From a virus (lineage: Duplodnaviria; Caudoviricetes): a stretch of DNA of 25,807 bases. This document shows, piece after piece, positions 1 to 6,303 of this stretch. The stretch spans positions 1 through 25,807 of the IMG/VR virus record IMGVR_UViG_3300049139_000160; one strand, given 5' to 3'. Positions within the stretch are counted from its first letter, which is position 1. Every line of letters begins with the position of its first letter. The notes beneath the pieces were generated by a model. The model did not search any database and was not told the origin of the DNA. It saw only the letters and a program-made list of their open reading frames with translations. The translations under genes and the position numbers were made by a program.

Positions 1-243
1 GAACAGCTGCCCCGCGGTGCGCCCGGCCCGGCCCGGCATCTCCTCACGCCCGACCGCCCGGTCGAACATCCCCACCAGCGCCCATAGCTGCCGGCCCCGC
101 ACCCGCGACACCTGCACCGGCAGGCCCCCGGCGCCCAGGATCGGCTGGCGGGCCTCCCAGCGCTCCGGATCGCGCGGCGCGACCGTCTCCACCACCGCGG
201 CCAGCTGCCGCACCGACGACGCGCCGTACACCCGATCGCTCAC
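1..243 (-). CDS. Hypothetical protein, 5' part only (runs off the left edge); MSDRVYGASSVRQLAAVVETVAPRDPERW...
   Basis: Not in the ORF track; translated by hand. GTG at 243-241 overlaps the TGA of the upstream gene (GTGA coupling). Frame is open to position 1 with strong GC3 bias. Confidence 0.75.
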   Translation of the reverse strand, partial: MSDRVYGASSVRQLAAVVETVAPRDPERWEARQPILGAGGLPVQVSRVRGRQLWALVGMFDRAVGREEMPGRAGRTAGQLF

Positions 244-551
244 CGGTTCTTCCGCTCGACCATCTCGGCCGCCTCCATCAACGACGCGCGCCGGGCCCCG
301 CCCGCCGGGTGCCGGGACGCGGCCTCCCGCAACTCACTCGCCACCGTCTCCCGCACCTCTTTCTCGGACGGCGGCATGTCCAGCCGCAGCTTCCGGCCGA
401 AGTAGACGGTGAGCTCGCCGATGATGGGCATCAGCAGCTTCTCGTAGCTGTCGCCGATCTTCCATTTCGACCGCTCCAGCCCCTCCCGGGCAGCGGCCAG
501 CATCTCGTCCAGGATCGGACGGGCATCGAACTCGGACTTCTCGGCACTCAC
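240..551 (-). CDS. Hypothetical protein (103 aa, helical; MSAEKSEFDARPILDEMLAAAREG...)
   Basis: C-terminal part of track ORF 240..1025. GTG at 551 follows a GGGGAG RBS just after the recombinase stop. Its stop overlaps the next start. Confidence 0.75.
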   Translation of the reverse strand: MSAEKSEFDARPILDEMLAAAREGLERSKWKIGDSYEKLLMPIIGELTVYFGRKLRLDMPPSEKEVRETVASELREAASRHPAGGARRASLMEAAEMVERKNR

Positions 552-565
552 AGCTTGCTCCCCAC

Positions 566-1645
566 TTACACGAACCGGTCCACCAAATGGTCGTACACGG
601 CGACCGCGGAGGCGGCGTGTTTCGCCTTGAGTGCCTCGTCGTCGCGCTGACGGATGTAGCGCAAGGTGGTCTGCACGTGGGCGTGGTCGGCGTACCGCTG
701 GATCTCCTCCAGAGGTACCCCTTCGTCGTGCATGTGGGTGAGCTTGGAGGCCCGCAGGACGTGCGGGGTGACGTCCCTGCCGGGCAGGACGCCGGCGAGC
801 TTGCCGAGCCGGTTCAGCAGCCGGTCCACGTCGTGCCGGCCCATGGCTTGCCCGGCGTCGTCCAGCAACAGCAGGCCGGAGGTCCGCTCGGCGATGGCGA
901 CATCCATCAGTTCGCACAGGCGGGGCGGCAGGGTGAACACGCGACCCTTGTTGCCCTTGCGCCGCAGGTCCAGCTTCCGCTGGTCCCCCTCGTAGCGCAG
1001 GTCGTGCAGGCCGGCGGTGCAGCATTCGGAGACACGGCCCGCCAGCGTGTAGATGAGCGCGGGTACCAGCATCTGCCGAGGGGTGTCCGCCTGCTCCAAG
1101 AGGGCTTGGAACTCGTCGACTTCGAGGACCGGTGTGGCGGTGGTGTGGTCGTTCGGGTCGACGCGGGGCTTGTCGAACTTGGTGACGGGATTGGTGATCT
1201 GCTGGTCGGTGGACCAGGCGGTGAAGGCGAACAGGGACGACAGGGAGTCCATGCGGCGCTTGATGGTGCGCGGAGAGCTCTTCCGCAGCTCCTCGTGTTC
1301 CCGGTAGGCACGGACGATGGGCGGGGTGACGTCTTGCAGCGCGAACGGTGCGATGCCCTCCTCCCGTTGCAGGAAGGCGGCCCAGTGCCGGATGTCGTCG
1401 GCGTAGTCACGCTTGGACCCGGCCGACGAGATCAGGGTGGACGACAGCCAGGAGACGACGTAGCGGAACGTCTCGGGGGTGCACAGCTCGGCGAGAAGTT
1501 CCAGGCGCCACCGGCGCGGCCCGAGCCGCCGGGTGCGCGGATCACGGGGCGACACCTCGCCGAGGAGGTCCCGCAACCGCATCAGGTGCTGTTCAACGGA
1601 CTGCTCGACCGGTCCGGCTGCTCTGATCTCGATGTCAGATGTCAC
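566..1645 (-). CDS. Tyrosine recombinase (XerC/XerD-like integrase/resolvase)
   Basis: Catalytic motifs present: R (LAGRVSE), K (RRKGNK), HxxR (PHVLRAS), H (ADHA), Y (TTLRY). SAM-like core-binding region (SPRTIKRRMDSLSSLF). Start is uncertain: GTG 1645 chosen because the track ATG at 1660 lies inside the dif-like site. Confidence 0.95.
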   Translation of the reverse strand: MTSDIEIRAAGPVEQSVEQHLMRLRDLLGEVSPRDPRTRRLGPRRWRLELLAELCTPETFRYVVSWLSSTLISSAGSKRDYADDIRHWAAFLQREEGIAPFALQDVTPPIVRAYREHEELRKSSPRTIKRRMDSLSSLFAFTAWSTDQQITNPVTKFDKPRVDPNDHTTATPVLEVDEFQALLEQADTPRQMLVPALIYTLAGRVSECCTAGLHDLRYEGDQRKLDLRRKGNKGRVFTLPPRLCELMDVAIAERTSGLLLLDDAGQAMGRHDVDRLLNRLGKLAGVLPGRDVTPHVLRASKLTHMHDEGVPLEEIQRYADHAHVQTTLRYIRQRDDEALKAKHAASAVAVYDHLVDRFV

Positions 1646-1651
1646 AGAAGC

Positions 1652-1680
1652 AGCGTACATAAGTCCTAGTTATGCGCTTC
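1652..1680 (-). promoter_or_regulatory. dif/Xer-like recombination site (GAAGCGCATAA-CTAGGAC-TTATGTACGCT on the minus strand)
   Basis: AT-rich inverted CATAA/TTATG cores with a 7-bp spacer directly at the recombinase 5' end. Arms match the E. coli dif XerC arm at 9/11 and the XerD arm at 7/11. Confidence 0.65.
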
Positions 1681-1718
1681 CCCAGGAACGATCCTGCCGC
1701 AGGTGCCACGCGGCGGGG

Positions 1719-2045
1719 TCAGGCCCAGTGGTGCTGACCCACATGCCCGGTCGGCAAGAGGCAGGCGTCGTCGCCGCGCTCTTCCATGCAGACTGGTTCG
1801 TGCGTCCACTGCCGATCGCCGGCGTCGGTCCAGCGCAGCCACCACAGCGTCTGGTCGTCCCACGAACGATCCTGGGACTGGCCGAGCGAGACGTGCGCCC
1901 CAGGGTGACTGTTCTCCAGCAGGCACTCCAGTTCGTGGAGAACCTGGTGTGCAGCGTCCGGGAGTTGCTCAATGCGCGTGATCTCCTGAGGAGTCAGCTT
2001 CACGGCTTCGGTAGCGCAGTACCGGATGACGGCCTCCTCGATCAC
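1719..2045 (-). CDS. Small hypothetical protein with two CLLxxxHxGxH motifs (probable metal binding)
   Basis: 108-aa ORF co-oriented with its neighbours; internal repeat CLLENSHPGAH / CLLPTGHVGQH; no clear RBS. Confidence 0.65.
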   Translation of the reverse strand: MIEEAVIRYCATEAVKLTPQEITRIEQLPDAAHQVLHELECLLENSHPGAHVSLGQSQDRSWDDQTLWWLRWTDAGDRQWTHEPVCMEERGDDACLLPTGHVGQHHWA

Positions 2046-2082
2046 GGGCGATGGCTGAGCTTATCGGGAACCAGGAGGCAGA

Positions 2083-2364
2083 TCAGCTGGCGTTCCGGCT
2101 GCTTCGGCCCGCGGCCCTGGGCTCAACGGGCGCATTGACCGGGTTCAGGTCCGCGTTGAAGCGATCGTCGGCAGATTGCTCGGCCTCTTCGTGCGCCTCA
2201 ACTTCACTCAGCAGGAAACGCACCTTCCCGGCCAGGCGGAAGCCCCGTGGGTATGTGCCCCTGCGCCGAGACCGCGCCGTATAGATGGCATTGGGCGTCG
2301 TATGCCACCGCTCGGCCAGCTGCTGAACAGTCAGAAAGGGAGATGTCCTCTGCTCACCAGCCAT
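2083..2364 (-). CDS. Excisionase / AlpA-MerR-type HTH DNA-binding protein
   Basis: FLTVQQLAERWHTTPNAIY...YPRGFRLAGKVRFLLSEVEA fits the winged-HTH Xis pattern; lies upstream of the tyrosine recombinase. Confidence 0.85.
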   Translation of the reverse strand: MAGEQRTSPFLTVQQLAERWHTTPNAIYTARSRRRGTYPRGFRLAGKVRFLLSEVEAHEEAEQSADDRFNADLNPVNAPVEPRAAGRSSRNAS

Positions 2365-2575
2365 GAGGGATCCCTGCGCTCCGATGCGGCCCTTGCACCT
2401 GGTGACCTTATCGGGAGGCAGGGCAGCCGTCCGCGCGACGCACGGCGGGCCGAACTCATATCTTCGTCAGGAGCGATCCTAAGCTCCGGCACCTCGCGCG
2501 GACTGATCGCTCTCGACGTCTCGGCGGACGCCCCGTCCGGGTGGAAGCTTCTGGCGCGACACGAAGCAGCAGCAA

Positions 2576-2605
2576 CGGAGACGTGTGAGTCACGACACAT
2601 CTCGG
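2576..2605. promoter_or_regulatory. Imperfect palindrome, candidate operator in a divergent intergenic region
   Basis: GAGACGTGT-N8-ACACATCTC (8/9 complementary); includes TGTGA-N6-ACACA and the inner palindrome GTGAGTCAC. Confidence 0.35.
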
Positions 2606-2754
2606 CGGCGGCGTTACGTAGGTGTTCTGTTCCGTTGCGACGGCGTTCCGTGCTGTTCCGCCCCCGATCGAGACCAGACACGGCGCCACGGACCGCGAAC
2701 ACCTTCTGCGATAACCGGCGTTGCTCAAGCACCGTCGTAGACTTTGACGCGCGA

Positions 2755-2810
2755 AGGGAGCCCTGCAACCCCGACTCCGGTTCCTAGGCCACTGGTCGGG
2801 AGGGCTCCCT
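2755..2810 (+). other. Long stem-loop in the leader of the small plus-strand ORF
   Basis: AGGGAGCCCT (2755-2764) pairs with AGGGCTCCCT (2801-2810); inner CCCGAC (2770-2775) pairs with GTCGGG (2795-2800). Confidence 0.55.
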
Positions 2811-2852
2811 GCGTAGTGCCCCGTCACGCGATGAAACGGAAGGAAACACCTC

Positions 2853-3035
2853 GTGCAGAGTAACAAGCACAGCGCTCCCATGGACACCCGACGCTCCCGC
2901 ATAGCGCGTCATCTGCGGAAATGGCGCCGGCGGCATGGTCACGGTGTCCAAGCCCACCTGGTCCGAGGCCTCTCATACGGCGTCGGCAGCGGCGCCGTCA
3001 GCCTCCTCATCCTCTGGGTCGAGACCCGCTTCTGA
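2853..3035 (+). CDS. Small basic protein with C-terminal hydrophobic helix (60 aa; alternative ATG at 2880)
   Basis: GGAAGGA RBS before GTG; Arg/His-rich N-half then GLSYGVGSGAVSLLILWV; followed by a strong hairpin. Only credible plus-strand gene in the window. Confidence 0.65.
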   Translation: MQSNKHSAPMDTRRSRIARHLRKWRRRHGHGVQAHLVRGLSYGVGSGAVSLLILWVETRF

Positions 3036-3055
3036 GCACCCGTACGCCGCAGCAC

Positions 3056-3089
3056 CAGGGCCCGCCCCCGTACCCGGTGGCGGGCCCTG
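3056..3089 (+). terminator. GC-rich hairpin terminator (actinobacterial type, no U-tract)
   Basis: CAGGGCCCGCC (3056-3066) / GGCGGGCCCTG (3079-3089), perfect 11-bp stem 20 nt after the stop at 3035. Confidence 0.65.
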
Positions 3090-3286
3090 CCCATTCCCGC
3101 TCCGGGGCAACACTGGCGCAGGATCCGGGACAGATGGATTTGCACAGTCGGTGCGACCTGACGGGCAGCCACTGCTATGAGGCTCCCGGCTTTCACCATC
3201 CTGATGTGGGGGTAGCGCCGAGATACGGGTCAAAGGGGCAATGAGTGGATCTTGAAGGGGTCCAGCCCCATGGTCAGCGCAGTGGC

Positions 3287-3391
3287 GCCGCAGTAAATGC
3301 GTACACCTCGCCCCGGCGGCCGGAAGATCTCGCCGCAGGTCGTGGCGATTACGACAGAGGCTCTGCCGCAGTAAATCCGGTATTTACTGCG
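3287..3391. repeat. Inverted repeat CGCAGTAAAT-N5-ATTTACTGCG plus a direct copy of the half-site
   Basis: Perfect 10-bp arms at 3367-3376 and 3382-3391; GCCGCAGTAAAT occurs at 3287-3298 and 3365-3376. Confidence 0.7.
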
Positions 3392-3565
3392 ACAATTCGA
3401 CTTCCAAGATCATCCCGTTGCCCCCTTGACCCGTATCTCGGTCAGCCCCCATGTGGCGCCTGACGCGAACGGCCGCGTCGCACCCTGGCCGGGCGAAGCC
3501 TGCGGGACGAGCAAGATCGAGTTATTTAGTGTGAATTTTTATTGGACAAGAGTCCTGGTCAGGAG

Positions 3566-3904
3566 CTAGTCCGTGGTCCTGGTGGGTTGAGGCGGCCGAG
3601 TCTCGTCGGCGCGGTGCCGGGCCCGGAGCACCATGTGCAGGCGCTGCAGGAGTAGCCCCGCGATGACGAGCAGGAGGAGCGTCCTGCTGAAGCGCTGGAC
3701 CTGGGCGGCTACGCCGTCGGGCCAGATGGTGATGGTGACGGTGTACAGGCACAGTGCTCCGATGGCGGCGGAGAAGGCCATCAGGTTGCGGCCGACGGCG
3801 GTCTTCTGCCACGGCATCTTGAGGTGGTAGACGAGTACGAACACCGCGGCGCACAGGGTGACCAGTGCAGATGCTGCAACGTTTGCGATCTGGGCGCAGT
3901 CCAT
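3566..3904 (-). CDS. Holin-like membrane protein (about 3 TM helices)
   Basis: Three hydrophobic segments and a basic C-terminus; GGAGGGAG RBS; 1-nt TGATG overlap with the upstream gene; last gene of the lysis cassette. Confidence 0.8.
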   Translation of the reverse strand: MDCAQIANVAASALVTLCAAVFVLVYHLKMPWQKTAVGRNLMAFSAAIGALCLYTVTITIWPDGVAAQVQRFSRTLLLLVIAGLLLQRLHMVLRARHRADETRPPQPTRTTD

Positions 3905-4131
3905 CAGCGGTCTCCCTCCAAGGCTATGCGGAACATCTCCGCGAAGTGGTTCTTCTCAAGGCGCCGCTGCAGGGAAGCGGAGACTTCGGTGGCGGCTTCC
4001 TGGCTGTCCTCTAGCTGAACCCGGGCGTGGCGGGTGCGTTCGAGGGCGTGGGTGGCGGCGCGCTGGCCGGGGGTCTCGGGCCGGTGCAGGGGCAGGTGGC
4101 GTTTACGGAGCCATCTGAGAATCCACTTCAT
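3904..4131 (-). CDS. Small lysis-cassette protein (75 aa; MKWILRWLRK...NHFAEMFRIALEGDR)
   Basis: C-terminal part of track ORF 3904..4353. ATG at 4131 follows GGAGGTGG. The NHFAE-type ending is typical of small actinophage lysis-region proteins. Confidence 0.75.
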   Translation of the reverse strand: MKWILRWLRKRHLPLHRPETPGQRAATHALERTRHARVQLEDSQEAATEVSASLQRRLEKNHFAEMFRIALEGDR

Positions 4132-4432
4132 CGCCCACCTCCCGCCCCGGCTGGGGTAGTGCTCGTAGCATGCGCTCGGCGGCCTGGGCGACCACGAGCA
4201 GTTCCCCGACTTGGCCCTGGGCGATCTGTCTGGCCGCCTCCGATTCCCGGTGGGCTTCTTTCCAGGTGTCGCGCTCGGCGATGGCGTCCGCGACCCGGGC
4301 GTCGCGGTCTTTTCGCACGTCTTCGAGGACTGATCGGGGAACGAGTCGGCCAAGGAGGATCAGCAGGACGACGAGGACGACGATGCCCGCTGCTCCGAGG
4401 TCGCCTGCGTTCAGGCCGAACAGCTCGTTCAT
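4103..4432 (-). CDS. Membrane protein with N-terminal TM helix and coiled coil (lysis accessory)
   Basis: GIVVLVVLLILLG TM then a charged coiled coil (GRLVPRS...ERDTWKEAH); GAGGGGAG RBS. Confidence 0.85.
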   Translation of the reverse strand: MNELFGLNAGDLGAAGIVVLVVLLILLGRLVPRSVLEDVRKDRDARVADAIAERDTWKEAHRESEAARQIAQGQVGELLVVAQAAERMLRALPQPGREVGDEVDSQMAP

Positions 4433-4449
4433 CGGTCAGCTCCCCTCTG

Positions 4450-4497
4450 GGGCACGGCGGCCCGGGTCGCGTGGGGTGCGGTTAAGCCGCCGTGCCC
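4450..4497 (-). other. Intergenic stem-loop between holin and the next membrane gene
   Basis: GGGCACGGCGGC (4450-4461) / GCCGCCGTGCCC (4486-4497), perfect 12-bp stem with a 24-nt loop. Confidence 0.6.
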
Positions 4498-4502
4498 GTG
4501 GT

Positions 4503-4883
4503 TCATGCCTGGATCGTGTGCTTGTCGAGGGGGCTGGTCTGCTCGAGGCGTGTGGGGCCGACGGGAGCGGTGACCTCGCGGTGGAGCAGCAGCGCGACGG
4601 CGCCTTCGACGGCGAGCATCCAGATGGCCTGCGTCTCGGCCGGCATCTCGAGGCCGAAGGCGAGGAACAGGGCGAGGACGCCCTGGGCGAGGTTGACGAT
4701 TGCGGCGGCGGTGGCGCCGGTCTTGAGGACGATGGCGCTGATGAACGCGACGGCCAGGGACAGGACGGCCATGATGGCGCCCTGCTGGGTGTCGGTGACC
4801 TCGACTCCGTACGCGGCGGCCAGCTTCAGGGTGATGCTGACGAAGGCCAGGATGTAGACGGGCTCACGGCCGAAGATCTTCAC
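4503..4883 (-). CDS. Holin (about 4 TM helices; MKIFGREP...)
   Basis: Hydrophobic 126-aa protein immediately downstream of the endolysin; AAGGAG RBS. Confidence 0.8.
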   Translation of the reverse strand: MKIFGREPVYILAFVSITLKLAAAYGVEVTDTQQGAIMAVLSLAVAFISAIVLKTGATAAAIVNLAQGVLALFLAFGLEMPAETQAIWMLAVEGAVALLLHREVTAPVGPTRLEQTSPLDKHTIQA

Positions 4884-4917
4884 GGGGTTCTCCTTGGTGG
4901 GTGGGGCGGTGGAAGGG

Positions 4918-6303
4918 TTAGAGCTGCTTGGGGACCTTGAGGGCGTCCCAGGACTTCTTGCCGGGGGTGCCGTCGGCGTCCGCGCCGGAGTAGCCGAGCT
5001 TGCGCTGCCAGGCGGCGTAGGAGCGGCGGTCAGCGTTGGTGAACTGGGGGCCGGGCCCGTGGTTGTAGCGGCCGCAGCCTTCGGCGACCAGGCGGCGGCC
5101 CATGGCGGTGATGAGGGGGCTGCGCCGGCCGGTGTGGAAGAACGCGGCGCCCGGGAACGGCTCGTAGCGGGTCGCGGGCGCGGCGGGCTTGGCTGGGGCG
5201 GGTGCTGGGGCGGCGGTGGGCAGGTGGAGCTTCTGCCCGACGCGGATCTCGTCCGGGTCGGTGATGGCGTTGAGGGCCACCAGGCGGCCGACGGTCGTGC
5301 CGTGCGCCTTGGCGATGGAGGAGAGGGTGTCGCCCTTCCTCACCGTGTACGTGGTGGCGGTGCCGGCGCCCGGCGCGGGGGCGGTGTCCGGCTTGCCGGG
5401 GACGATCGCGGTGTCGATGCCGCCGGGGTCCCAGTGGTCGTTGCCGGGGACCTGTGAGTGGCCGAAGTGGCCGCCCTTGGTCTGCCAGACGGTGCGGTCC
5501 CGCTTGGTGGCGGCCGCAGCGGTCGCGGCGGGCTTGCCAGCGGGCCAGGTGTCGGGGATGCCGTGCGCGCGGGCGGCGGCCAGGAGCTTGCGGTAGTTCG
5601 GCTTGCCGGCGGGGTCGAAGCCCTTCGTCCACGGCTGCGCGGCCCGGCCGAGGACCTCGACCTGGATGTTCACGCGGCCCTCGCGGTTCGTACGGCGGGA
5701 TCCGTCGTTGCGCAGCGCGCGGCCGGATTTCGTCAGCGGCCCGAACTGGCCGAGCAGGTCGGACGCGGGGTCGTAGATGACCTGGGGTTCGGCGCCGACC
5801 CGGATGAGGTAGGCGGCGACGCTGTAGAAGTAGGCCTGGCCTGCCGGGGACTCGGTGGTGTGCCAGGTGACCCTGGGCGGGTTGCCGGGGGTGTCCATGG
5901 CGCCGCCGATGGCCTGGGAGCCGAAGCGGATGGCGCCGTCGATGTAGGCCGGGCCGGACGCGCCGCGCGGCAGGTCGGTTGCGGCCTCCCGGCCCTTGAC
6001 GGTGTCGACGGCCTGCGCGGCGGCGTCCTCGGCGGTGGCGGGCCGGCTTGCCTGGTGCGGGGCGTGCACGTCGTACTCGGGTGCGTCGGTGGGGACGTAC
6101 ACGTCGAGGTCGCCGTCGGAGCGCAGGACCATGAACGCGCCCGCGAGGCGGGGGTGCTCCTTGACGTGGCGGTCGCAGCCGTCGAGGGCGGCGATGGCGC
6201 GGACGTCGTCGACGTGGGACTGGTCGCAGGTGCCGTAGTAGGTGGTGGCGGTCTCAAGGCTGTCGGGGTCGAGGTGGTCGACCGCGACGTGGTACTCGGT
6301 CAC
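4918..6303 (-). CDS. Endolysin: unknown N-terminal domain + Zn amidase (amidase-2-like) + LysM + C-terminal peptidoglycan-binding domain
   Basis: Amidase motifs VTWHTTES, IQVEV, GHFGHSQVPGNDHWDPG; LysM YTVRKGDTLSSIAKAHGTTV...IRVGQKLHLP; C-terminal YEPFPG...WQRKLGYSGADADGTPGKKSW. GTG at 6303 follows a GGAG RBS and overlaps the HNH stop. Confidence 0.92.
   Translation of the reverse strand: MTEYHVAVDHLDPDSLETATTYYGTCDQSHVDDVRAIAALDGCDRHVKEHPRLAGAFMVLRSDGDLDVYVPTDAPEYDVHAPHQASRPATAEDAAAQAVDTVKGREAATDLPRGASGPAYIDGAIRFGSQAIGGAMDTPGNPPRVTWHTTESPAGQAYFYSVAAYLIRVGAEPQVIYDPASDLLGQFGPLTKSGRALRNDGSRRTNREGRVNIQVEVLGRAAQPWTKGFDPAGKPNYRKLLAAARAHGIPDTWPAGKPAATAAAATKRDRTVWQTKGGHFGHSQVPGNDHWDPGGIDTAIVPGKPDTAPAPGAGTATTYTVRKGDTLSSIAKAHGTTVGRLVALNAITDPDEIRVGQKLHLPTAAPAPAPAKPAAPATRYEPFPGAAFFHTGRRSPLITAMGRRLVAEGCGRYNHGPGPQFTNADRRSYAAWQRKLGYSGADADGTPGKKSWDALKVPKQL

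Noticed and set aside
2365-3565. CRISPR array, tRNA or repressor gene in the non-coding region
   Set aside because: Repeats are short and irregularly spaced, no cloverleaf with a T-loop was found, and the track ORFs here other than 2853..3035 lack codon bias, RBS and motifs.
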